NCBI GenBank assembly: GCA_049968235.1
Contig: JBMFRC010000006.1
Span: 64,001-128,000 of the forward strand
DNA from: Candidatus Hydrogenedens sp.
GTDB lineage: Bacteria > Hydrogenedentota > Hydrogenedentia > Hydrogenedentales > Hydrogenedentaceae
Direction: 5' to 3'
Length of the DNA: 64,000 nt
The notes beneath the pieces were generated by a model, which searched no databases, was not told the DNA's origin, and worked only from the letters and a program-made list of their open reading frames with translations. Each line of letters opens with the position of its first letter. Positions within the stretch are counted from its first letter, which is position 1. The position numbers and the translations under genes were made by a program. Of this stretch, positions 10,165 to 18,574 are shown one piece after another.

Positions 10165-11204
10165 TTAACACAGTTCTATTTTTCTTTAATCTTTTTCTGT
10201 GGTTAATTCAATGGTCGTTGGCACTACTTGTCTTTATAGCGGTTATGGCAGGTTCAGGGTATTATATATACACACAAGCTCTAAGTGGTGGAAAGTATAT
10301 CATCGTTCCTAAAATTACCGATATGCCGGTTATGGAAGCATCGAAAAAACTTTTTGAAGTAGGATTGGAATTAGGTCCTTATATACCAGTTACACACGAT
10401 ACAATACCCAAATACTATGTTATTAGCCAAAAACCGGAACCTGGGAAAGTTGTTCGATTAGGTAGAAAAGTATTTCCCGTAGTAAGTGCTGGTCCACCTA
10501 ATGAAAAAGTCCCTGATTTAAGAGGCAAAACCCTTGACGAGGCTCAAAAATTAATTGAATATAATAGTAGATTTAAATTAGGAAACATTGCACGAATTAA
10601 TCGTGATGAACCAGCAGAAACAGTTATTTCTCAGGACCCTCCACCCGACACAGAAGCGACGCAGGGAACATTTATAAATTTACTTATAAGTGCAGGAACA
10701 CAAACGGAAACAATAATAATGCCTAATATTGTAGGGAAAAACATACAGGAAGTAGAAGAACTGTTAAAACCTTATGATATCAAATTAGTCCCCAATATAG
10801 TTGATTCCCCCAGTTCCCCGGAAAATATCGTAATAGAACAGGACCCACCTGCGGATACACCTATTGTCCGTGGACAAATGGTAGTTTATACCATTAAATC
10901 CACAGGAACCGCTCCCCTACCGGATGCGCGTTATCAAACTGAAGTTACTTATACTATGAATGATGATTGGGCTGTAAAAGAAGTTCGTGTTGAACTGGTG
11001 GACCGACATGGAAATCGCGAAATTTTATGGCAGAAACCACGATTATATGATACACTTTCACAAATTCGATATGTTCGAGGAACACCGTTAAATATCAAGG
11101 TTACTTATGTAAGTAAAGCAATGGTGGAAATATTTGTTGATGAAGTTAAAGTAGCATCTTTTGAATTAGAAGGAGGAAATCCTCCAAAATTGTTGCAACC
11201 TTAA
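10080..11204 (+). CDS. Membrane-anchored PASTA-domain protein (3-4 PASTA repeats, no kinase or PBP domain)
   Basis: Short cytoplasmic tail, one TM (LFFFNLFLWLIQWSLALLVFIAVMA), then repeated ~65-aa PASTA-like units (PKITDMPVMEASKKLFEVGLEL.., VPDLRGKTLDEAQKLIE.., MPNIVGKNIQEVEELLKPY..). Sits in the pknB slot of the conserved fmt-rsmB-...-rpe neighbourhood. 85-nt overlap with rsmB makes the exact start uncertain. Confidence 0.65.
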   Translation: MENSDRTVSNNSKKSLGRLLLDGISKAIVNTVLFFFNLFLWLIQWSLALLVFIAVMAGSGYYIYTQALSGGKYIIVPKITDMPVMEASKKLFEVGLELGPYIPVTHDTIPKYYVISQKPEPGKVVRLGRKVFPVVSAGPPNEKVPDLRGKTLDEAQKLIEYNSRFKLGNIARINRDEPAETVISQDPPPDTEATQGTFINLLISAGTQTETIIMPNIVGKNIQEVEELLKPYDIKLVPNIVDSPSSPENIVIEQDPPADTPIVRGQMVVYTIKSTGTAPLPDARYQTEVTYTMNDDWAVKEVRVELVDRHGNREILWQKPRLYDTLSQIRYVRGTPLNIKVTYVSKAMVEIFVDEVKVASFELEGGNPPKLLQP

Positions 11205-11240
11205 ATGATTGGTAAGATTTAAATTCAGGAGTTATGTAAG

Positions 11241-11906
11241 ATGCTCAATAGAGATAGAAATATCAAGATTTCCCCATCTATCTTATCTTGTGATTTTAGT
11301 AAGATGGGAGAAGAAATTACACAATTAATTGAAGCAGGTGCGGATTATATCCATTTTGATGTAATGGATGGACATTTTGTTCCTAATATTACAATAGGAC
11401 CGCCCATAATTGCTTCCTTGCGAAGATACTGTTCTGTACCAATGGATGTTCATCTTATGATAGATAATCCGGAAGAATATGTTGATTCTTTTGCTGATGC
11501 AGGTGCGGATATAATAACCGTTCATGTTGAAGCAACAAATCATCCTCATCGTTTAATACAACACATTAAAGATATTGGATGTCAGGCGGGCATTGTATTA
11601 AATCCTTCTACTCCCGAAAGTCGTATTGAGTTTTTAGTCGAAGATATAGATATGGTTCTTGTAATGACCGTAAATCCGGGGTTTGGAGGTCAGAAGTTTA
11701 TTCCGGATATGCTTCGTAAAATTAAAGCCATTCGTGCAATGATAGGAGAACGCGATTTAGAAGTAGATGGTGGAATTGATGAAAAAACAGCACCGGAGGT
11801 CATCAAAGCAGGAGCAAATGTTCTCGTCGCAGGTTCCTATGTTTTCAATAATTCCTCTTATAAAGCGTCCATTAAAAAATTAAAAGAAAGTATAAATTTT
11901 ACTTGA
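11241..11906 (+). CDS. rpe: Ribulose-phosphate 3-epimerase
   Basis: [29 protein letters not shown] signature. 221 aa. RBS CAGGAG. Confidence 0.9.
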   Translation: MLNRDRNIKISPSILSCDFSKMGEEITQLIEAGADYIHFDVMDGHFVPNITIGPPIIASLRRYCSVPMDVHLMIDNPEEYVDSFADAGADIITVHVEATNHPHRLIQHIKDIGCQAGIVLNPSTPESRIEFLVEDIDMVLVMTVNPGFGGQKFIPDMLRKIKAIRAMIGERDLEVDGGIDEKTAPEVIKAGANVLVAGSYVFNNSSYKASIKKLKESINFT

Positions 11907-11979
11907 CTTTAAACTTTTATTAGTGTATATTATATTTAGAGTTTTTAGTGAAAAATAAACTAAAAAAAGGGTAAATTTT

Positions 11980-13140
11980 ATGAGAAGATTTTTCTTAATA
12001 GCTGTAACAATAATCATCACAAGTTTTCTATTCGGCTGTCCTTACAATGGTGTAATCAAAGATGGTGTTGTAATTGTTGACCAGTTACCTGGTGTAACCG
12101 TTTCTTCCGTTTCACCAGACCAGATTGTCTTAAATTCACAAGGGTCAGTTCCTGTAACAACGGGAGACATTATAATTGGTCAATATGGTGATACGGGTTA
12201 CCTTCGTAAGGTTACCGCAGTAGGACAAAAAGGTACAGAGGTTGTTGCTGTAACTGAGCCTGCTTCTTTAGAAGATGCCATTCAAGAAGGTATGTTGATG
12301 ACCAGTGTTAAGTTTGATGTAAATGATTATGTAAAAGCAGGTGTTTTACCCAAAGATGCAAAAGCGACTATAGTAAATTTTAGTGGGAAAGAAATTTATC
12401 GTGGAAATGGCATACGAATCACTGTAGACAAGGGTATATTGGATTGCACTCCACAGGTTGCAATTGTAGCAGACTATAAAGATTTTAAATTGAGGAAATT
12501 TGACTTAACAACAACGGGAACTATTACGCTTACTTTAGACCTTAAAATTGCTCTGGATAATGGAACACCAATCTCTCAGGAATGGGATATTATTCCACCA
12601 ATAATTCATCCTTTTGCGGCAAGTATTGGACCTGTTCCTGTTTACGGTCGCGTAACATTACGTTTCCCATTTGGATTATATGGACAGATGACTGGTGATA
12701 CAAGTGTGAAATCTGGTTTTGATATAAAAGATAATTTCACATTGAAGGCAGTATATGATACAGGCAGTTGGGATGGGTCAAAAGCAGATTTATTTAATTT
12801 CACTTTTGATGGACATCCACTTACATGGAATATTGATATAGGTGGTACTGCTCAAGCATATATTAAAGCCATAGTTGAGTTAACTCTCTATGAATCAGCA
12901 GAAGCAGTAATATTTGCTAAGCCGTATATCACATCGAATATCCATGTATTTCCTTCTCCTGCAAGTATCGAGATTATTGGCGGTGTGGATGCAGGTGCGT
13001 ATGCAGGTTTAAGTGTATTGGGACATAATATAATTGGCAAGAGTTTCTACTGGAATGGTCCCAGTAAGTTATTATATAGAGGTGTTCAGGACTATTCTGA
13101 CCCATTACCTTGGACAAGTGGTTCTATAGATTTGTGGTAA
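11980..13140 (+). CDS. Hypothetical lipoprotein
   Basis: Signal peptide with lipobox LFGC. 386 aa, beta-rich, no recognisable catalytic motif. First gene of a secreted-protein cluster. Confidence 0.55.
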   Translation: MRRFFLIAVTIIITSFLFGCPYNGVIKDGVVIVDQLPGVTVSSVSPDQIVLNSQGSVPVTTGDIIIGQYGDTGYLRKVTAVGQKGTEVVAVTEPASLEDAIQEGMLMTSVKFDVNDYVKAGVLPKDAKATIVNFSGKEIYRGNGIRITVDKGILDCTPQVAIVADYKDFKLRKFDLTTTGTITLTLDLKIALDNGTPISQEWDIIPPIIHPFAASIGPVPVYGRVTLRFPFGLYGQMTGDTSVKSGFDIKDNFTLKAVYDTGSWDGSKADLFNFTFDGHPLTWNIDIGGTAQAYIKAIVELTLYESAEAVIFAKPYITSNIHVFPSPASIEIIGGVDAGAYAGLSVLGHNIIGKSFYWNGPSKLLYRGVQDYSDPLPWTSGSIDLW

Positions 13141-13160
13141 ATCAAAATTGAAAATTTTAA

Positions 13161-13200
13161 AAATGTGACTTGAACAAAGGGTTCAGGTCACATTTTTTAT
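13161..13200 (+). terminator. Rho-independent terminator after the lipoprotein gene
   Basis: 15-bp stem AAATGTGACTTGAAC / GTTCAGGTCACATTT (one G-U) with 5-nt loop, followed by TTTTTT. 20 nt downstream of the stop at 13140. Confidence 0.55.
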
Positions 13201-13226
13201 TATTGAATAGATTGTTGTTTGTGGCT

Positions 13227-14333
13227 ATGCCGTGTAAAAAAATCTTTTGTATATTTATTTTTTCTATCCTATTTTTTCGCTTCTCTTTTTCAGCACAAGG
13301 ACAATATCATTCTTCTGATTATTTGGAACCCCATTTTGTTATTCAATTACCTGAATTACTCCGTTTGGTGCAAATTTATAATTTTGGTTCTTATCATTGC
13401 GACAGTTCATCCGAAGACGGTTACGCACTTGGAAATGGTGATACATCCTGCAAACCTCATAGTTCGGATTATAATCCACAGGATTGGACTATATCTTTTC
13501 AAGAGGTATTACGATTGGCTCAATTTTACAAATCCAGCTCGTATCATATTGATTTATCAGGAGAAGATGGCTTTCAGCCGGGGAATGAAACTGAACCTGT
13601 TCCGGGAACAGAAAAAACTTTTTTAGGGATTCCTTTCGTTTGGATTCCTTCGGGGTCCTTTTACATGGGAACAACAAAAAGTTCAACGGAATTAGTTCAA
13701 TTATATGGCGGAAGTTCCTCTTTATATAGTTCTGAATATCCACAACATTTGGTTGCTATCTCTAACGGTTTTTGGATGAGCCAGACTGAAATTACACAAA
13801 AACAATGGACAGATATAATGGGATACAATCCATCAAATAATATAGGTGCCAATCTCCCTGTAGAAAATTTATCGTGGAATGAATGCCAGAAATTTATTGA
13901 AAAACTTAATAAATTAGGAAATGGGATATTTCGTTTGCCTACTGAAGCCGAATGGGAATATGCGTGTCGTGCAGGTTCTAATTCTGAATTTTGTTTCGGT
14001 GATGATGCAGAACAATTAGACAATTACGGATGGCATTTTTATAATAGTAACTATCAAACACATCCTGTAAAACAAAAATTACCCAATGTATGGGGATTAT
14101 ATGATATGCATGGAAATGTATGGGAATGGTGTCAGGACTGGTATGATACTGAGTATTATCAATACTCCCCTACTCTTGACCCTACTGGACCTGCAACAGG
14201 TAAATATAAAGTTTTACGAGGAGGCACATGTTTACGGACATCTGCCCGTTGTAGGTCTGCTTTTCGTTCATGGAATATACCCGATTTAACTATGGCTGAC
14301 CAAGGATTTAGAATATGCAGAATTTCCGATTAA
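13227..14333 (+). CDS. Secreted FGE/SUMF1-family (formylglycine-generating enzyme-like) protein with N-terminal tandem Cys-containing module
   Basis: ATG 13227 gives signal peptide MPCKKIFCIFIFSILFFRFSFSAQG. The track ORF begins at an upstream TTG inside the terminator hairpin. C-terminal FGE-sulfatase fold (WEWCQDWY, RGGTCL...RCRSAFR, GFRICR). N-terminal ~100 aa consist of two copies of a module also present at the C-terminus of the next gene. Confidence 0.75.
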   Translation: MPCKKIFCIFIFSILFFRFSFSAQGQYHSSDYLEPHFVIQLPELLRLVQIYNFGSYHCDSSSEDGYALGNGDTSCKPHSSDYNPQDWTISFQEVLRLAQFYKSSSYHIDLSGEDGFQPGNETEPVPGTEKTFLGIPFVWIPSGSFYMGTTKSSTELVQLYGGSSSLYSSEYPQHLVAISNGFWMSQTEITQKQWTDIMGYNPSNNIGANLPVENLSWNECQKFIEKLNKLGNGIFRLPTEAEWEYACRAGSNSEFCFGDDAEQLDNYGWHFYNSNYQTHPVKQKLPNVWGLYDMHGNVWEWCQDWYDTEYYQYSPTLDPTGPATGKYKVLRGGTCLRTSARCRSAFRSWNIPDLTMADQGFRICRISD

Positions 14334-17300
14334 TATTCATTTTTCTATCTGGAGTATTTCTTTTTCACACATCCTCTTCTGGACATAATATAGGTATCTC
14401 TTCCTTATATTTTGAACCCAACCATAATCGTTTTGTTTCCGATGTGTTTTATTTTTCCATAGGAAATACTGTTTCTGTAGCATGTTATCAAAATGCTCTT
14501 GTGTTTTTTACATACAATTCTCAAGAATATTACAGAGTCGTTTTTCCTAAAGGTAAGCCTAAAGAAATTACAGGCAATATCCCTCTTCCATCATATTCAA
14601 CATATTTCTATGGGACGAATTCTACTCCTGCAATAGCAGTCCATTATAAAGCAGTTATATATAAAGAAATATTTCCGGGTATCGACTTATATTTATATGA
14701 AAAAGGAGGTAATTTTAAGTTCGATTTTATCGTTCATCCCGATTCAAAACCCGATGCGATTAGTATTAATTTTGAAACTCTCGATATACATAAGCAAAAG
14801 TGGATTTCTAAGAATCCTGAAATTGATGAAAACATTATTCGAATTGTCCACGATAATGTAAAACTAGATTTTTATGCCCCTTGTGCCTTTCAATGGATAA
14901 ATGGAATATCCCACAAAATACCTATTCGTTTATCGTATGACAATGGGGTGAAATTTTATATTCCTGAATCCTCATACAATCCCAATTATCCATTGCTTAT
15001 TGACCCTACTTTGTTGGCGGGCACATATTTGGGAGGGAATAATACCGACAAGATTATTGATGTAAAAACAGATACTGCAGGTAGCATCTATTTAGTTGGT
15101 GAAACAAAATCGCTTAATTTTCCTACCAGTGCTGGTTCTCTTCAAACAAACTATTCTGGTGGAGATATAACAGGAGATATATTTATTGCAAAATTAAATC
15201 CTCTTGCCAATTATCCCCTCTTTTCCACATTTTTGGGTGGTTCCGGGGATGATAGTGCCACAGCAATTAGAATTGATGAGCAAAGAAATATATATATAAC
15301 AGGGATAACTTCTTCTTCGGATTTTCCTACAACGACAAATGCCTATCAAACAACAAAAGCAGGTGGAAGAGATGCTTTTATTACAAAAATCAATTCAGAT
15401 GCTACCGAATTAATCTATAGTTCTTACATAGGAGGCAGTGGTGATGAAAGCATAATGGATTTCACTTTTCTTCCCGATAATAATATTGTTCTAACAGGCT
15501 GGACACAATCATCGGATTTTCCCATAACCGGAAGTTCTTCATTAAATTCTATGTTTAGCGGTGGAGGACTGGACGGATTTTTGTTTAAATGTAATTCATC
15601 ATTTCAACCTATATGGAGTGGTTTTATAGGAACAGCCGGTATAGATGTTTGTAAAACAATAGTAAATTTTGGTGGTGATATTATTTTAAGTGGATACACA
15701 TCCTCAATGAATTTTCCAACTACGCAGGGCGTATTTCAGATTTCTTATGGAGGTGGAAATTACGATTCATTTATAATGAAACTATCAGGTAATAATGCAT
15801 CTACAATATCTTCTTCTTATTTTGGGGGAAGTCTAATTGACCTATGTCAGGCTTTGATTTGTGATAGTTATGGAAACATATACATCACAGGAGAGACATC
15901 TTCCACCAACTTTCCAGTTAGTATCACATCGTTTCAGATTGGATATGGTGGTGGAGAAAGAGATGCTTTTGTTAGTAAACTATCTCCCAATTTAGACCAG
16001 ATAATTTTCAGTACTTATTTAGGAGGAAGTAAGACAGAATCAGGGCTCGGAATCGAATTGGACACATTATCACGAGTATATGTTGTTGGTTATACATATT
16101 CAGGAGATTTCCCTGTAATACCTGGGACATTACAACCTTTATATGGTGGTAATCAGGATGCATTTTTTGCATGCTTGAACCCTAATGGAAATACATTACA
16201 ATATAGTACTTTTTATGGAGGTAAAGGAGAAGAAAAAGCAAGGTCTGTCTATATTTCTAATTCCAATGTAATGTATACAGTAGGAGAAACTGCATCCAAT
16301 CTACTACCTATAACATCAGGGACTTTCCAGACAAGTTTTGGAGGAGGAACACTCGATGGTTTTCTCGCCTGTATTGATGTATCACCTCCTACAAATGAGG
16401 GAGAAGGACAAATAGAAGGGAATATTGAAGGAACCCCAGAAGGTTCGTTAGAAGGTGAAGGTTTAAGGGTATGGACAATAGCACCTGTGGAACGGGTTGT
16501 AACAGAAGGAGCAACAACTACTTTCATTATTGGTGTATCCGGTTATGTGGGAACTGTAAATTATCAATGGCAATTTAAGAGTATCATTGGAGAAGAATAT
16601 ATTCCTATTTTTAACAGCAATAGTCCTATGTTAACGTTGCGTAATATTCAATTTTCATCTTCTGGCTATTATCGATGTAGGGTAAGTGATTCTTTAGGGA
16701 CAGTATTCTCTTCTCCTTTCAAATTAACAGTTCTACAAAGTTTAGAAGGCTCAACAGAGGGGTTATTAGAAGGAAATATAGAAGGTATTATTGAAGGAAG
16801 TGCAGAAGGAACTACAGAAGGTTTATTAGAGGGAGTAGAAGAAGGGATACTAGAAGGCATTTCAGAAGGTTCAAATGAAGGGATTCTTCTTGAAGGTGAG
16901 GGTATAATAGAAGAAGGTCTAATGGAAGGTGAAGGTGCTTATTATCCCTGTGGTTTTGAGATAAATGGAAATGAAACTCATAGTCTCTTAAAAGATAAGG
17001 CTCAAAATCTTTATTATATTTATGTGCCTAATGAAGGGACATTAAACGACCTTATTGTTAATATTTCACTAACCCATGATAATTTACAGCAGATATTAAT
17101 TCAAATTGTATCCCCCTATGGAACAGAAGTTTTTCTACTGATTTATCCAGCACAAGGCGGAACTTCACTACAAAATACAAACTTTGACGATAATGCGGAA
17201 ATAAGTATAAGTGATGGAGTTAGTCCTTTTACAGGTAGTTACAAACCTGTGGGATATCTGGGAGTTTTACGAGGAGAAAATTTACAAGGTACATGGATGT

Positions 17301-17698
17301 TGAGAATTGTGGATTCCGAGACAGGTAGTAGAGGTTATCTTGAATCATGGAAATTGTTATTCAATACATATGCCTGTTCTGAAGAAGGAAATCCTGAAGA
17401 AGGTGAAATTGTAATGTATCATTCAGCAGATACCGATAAGAATCATTCTTTTTCCCTTGTTGAAGTGTTGCGGGTAATACAAATCTTCAATTTTGGTAGT
17501 TATCACTGTGATATTAATGGAGAGGATGGATATGGATTGGGTATAGGAGATCAGAATTGCAATCGCCATAGTTCTGATTATACAGGACCCTATTGGTCCA
17601 TTACTTTCCCCGAACTTTTGCGTTTAATACAGTTATTTAATATAGGTGGGTATGTATCCTGTTCAGATACAGAAGACGGTTTTTGTCCTATTCAATAG
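14315..17698 (+). CDS. Large secreted SBBP beta-propeller repeat protein with Ig-like domain, proprotein-convertase P-domain, EG-repeat linkers and C-terminal tandem module
   Basis: Signal peptide. About 11 SBBP-type repeats (GG.GDD.A.AI..D..GNIYITG.T.S.DFPTT). Ig-like domain (YQWQF...YYRCRVSD). P_proprotein domain (GTWMLRIVDSETGSRGYLESWKLLF). Two xEGx repeat blocks. Last ~95 aa homologous to the N-terminus of the FGE-like protein. Confidence 0.75.
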   Translation: MQNFRLIFIFLSGVFLFHTSSSGHNIGISSLYFEPNHNRFVSDVFYFSIGNTVSVACYQNALVFFTYNSQEYYRVVFPKGKPKEITGNIPLPSYSTYFYGTNSTPAIAVHYKAVIYKEIFPGIDLYLYEKGGNFKFDFIVHPDSKPDAISINFETLDIHKQKWISKNPEIDENIIRIVHDNVKLDFYAPCAFQWINGISHKIPIRLSYDNGVKFYIPESSYNPNYPLLIDPTLLAGTYLGGNNTDKIIDVKTDTAGSIYLVGETKSLNFPTSAGSLQTNYSGGDITGDIFIAKLNPLANYPLFSTFLGGSGDDSATAIRIDEQRNIYITGITSSSDFPTTTNAYQTTKAGGRDAFITKINSDATELIYSSYIGGSGDESIMDFTFLPDNNIVLTGWTQSSDFPITGSSSLNSMFSGGGLDGFLFKCNSSFQPIWSGFIGTAGIDVCKTIVNFGGDIILSGYTSSMNFPTTQGVFQISYGGGNYDSFIMKLSGNNASTISSSYFGGSLIDLCQALICDSYGNIYITGETSSTNFPVSITSFQIGYGGGERDAFVSKLSPNLDQIIFSTYLGGSKTESGLGIELDTLSRVYVVGYTYSGDFPVIPGTLQPLYGGNQDAFFACLNPNGNTLQYSTFYGGKGEEKARSVYISNSNVMYTVGETASNLLPITSGTFQTSFGGGTLDGFLACIDVSPPTNEGEGQIEGNIEGTPEGSLEGEGLRVWTIAPVERVVTEGATTTFIIGVSGYVGTVNYQWQFKSIIGEEYIPIFNSNSPMLTLRNIQFSSSGYYRCRVSDSLGTVFSSPFKLTVLQSLEGSTEGLLEGNIEGIIEGSAEGTTEGLLEGVEEGILEGISEGSNEGILLEGEGIIEEGLMEGEGAYYPCGFEINGNETHSLLKDKAQNLYYIYVPNEGTLNDLIVNISLTHDNLQQILIQIVSPYGTEVFLLIYPAQGGTSLQNTNFDDNAEISISDGVSPFTGSYKPVGYLGVLRGENLQGTWMLRIVDSETGSRGYLESWKLLFNTYACSEEGNPEEGEIVMYHSADTDKNHSFSLVEVLRVIQIFNFGSYHCDINGEDGYGLGIGDQNCNRHSSDYTGPYWSITFPELLRLIQLFNIGGYVSCSDTEDGFCPIQ
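16396..16465 (+). repeat. 12-nt tandem coding repeat (xEGx)n, block 1
   Basis: gaagg-containing 12-mers encoding EGEGQIEGNIEGTPEGSLEGEG. Confidence 0.6.
16741..16940 (+). repeat. 12-nt tandem coding repeat (xEGx)n, block 2 (~16 units)
   Basis: ttagaaggctca acagaggggtta ttagaaggaaat atagaaggtatt ... encoding LEGSTEGLLEGNIEGIIEGSAEGTTEGLLEGVEEGILEGISEGSNEG... Confidence 0.7.
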
Positions 17699-17701
17699 CA
17701 A

Positions 17702-18556
17702 TTAGGATATTTCTGAAAAACCTATCTCTAACAAATTCGTAGCCACACGAAAACGCTCTGATGATTTTTCTGCCCCTAAAACTACAGCTATAACCCGTGA
17801 TTTATTTCTTCGTGCTGTTGCTACGATGCAGTGACCTGCCAATTTCGTATACCCTGTTTTTAGTCCATCACAACCTACAAAAGTGGTGAGTAAATCATTT
17901 GTATTACTCCTTTCTATATTCTCATCCTGTATAATAAATTTCTTTTTAGATGTCCATGAAAGTAATACAGGCAACTTACAACATTCTAAAGCAAGATTAG
18001 CAAGGTCTTTTGCTGTTGTCCTATCTAAATCCCCTCCACTTTTAATGGGATACCCATTTACAGTAAAGTATTTCGTATTTTTCATCTCTAACTTTTTTGC
18101 CATCGAATTCATATCTTCTATACATTTACTTTCTGAACCCCATAAATATTCAGCAACTGTTACTGCGGATGTATTCGATGAGATAATAGCGATTGCATCC
18201 ATTAAATAACCTAATTTATATCTTTTGTCTGTTGAGAATATAATATCCGAATTGTTTTTGGGGAATATGGTTCTCTTTGGAACAACTTCATCTTCTAATT
18301 TTACTTCTTTCTTTATAATTTTTAATGCAACCAGATACATAAGCATCAATTTAACTAAACTTGCTGGAGGACAAATTGCATTTGCATCATCTTCAATTAT
18401 TATCTTCCTATTGTACGCATCAACACATATTTTTTTGATAGTTCTGTTAGGTTTTACTATTGGCGTAAATTTTGTTTTTCTTTTTGTTGCAACTGCAAAT
18501 AATAAGGATTGAAAAACGAAACTTCTCCGGTTAATTTTATTATTTTCTGCATGCAT
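17702..18556 (-). CDS. D-alanyl-D-alanine carboxypeptidase (peptidase S11, PBP5/6-like)
   Basis: SxxK (PASLVKLM), SxN (SSN) and KTG (KTGYT) active-site triad of serine DD-peptidases. N-terminal signal/anchor. Confidence 0.8.
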   Translation of the reverse strand: MHAENNKINRRSFVFQSLLFAVATKRKTKFTPIVKPNRTIKKICVDAYNRKIIIEDDANAICPPASLVKLMLMYLVALKIIKKEVKLEDEVVPKRTIFPKNNSDIIFSTDKRYKLGYLMDAIAIISSNTSAVTVAEYLWGSESKCIEDMNSMAKKLEMKNTKYFTVNGYPIKSGGDLDRTTAKDLANLALECCKLPVLLSWTSKKKFIIQDENIERSNTNDLLTTFVGCDGLKTGYTKLAGHCIVATARRNKSRVIAVVLGAEKSSERFRVATNLLEIGFSEIS

Positions 18557-18574
18557 GTATTCTATCTCTCTAAT

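Noticed and set aside
13227-14333. Calling the FGE-domain protein a bona fide formylglycine-generating enzyme for sulfatases
   Set aside because: The catalytic Cys pair spacing (C-x6-C in RGGTCLRTSARC) differs from the canonical FGE C-x4-C (CHRSYC), and no sulfatase is nearby. Safer call is an FGE/SUMF1/EgtB/PvdO-family fold of unknown specificity.
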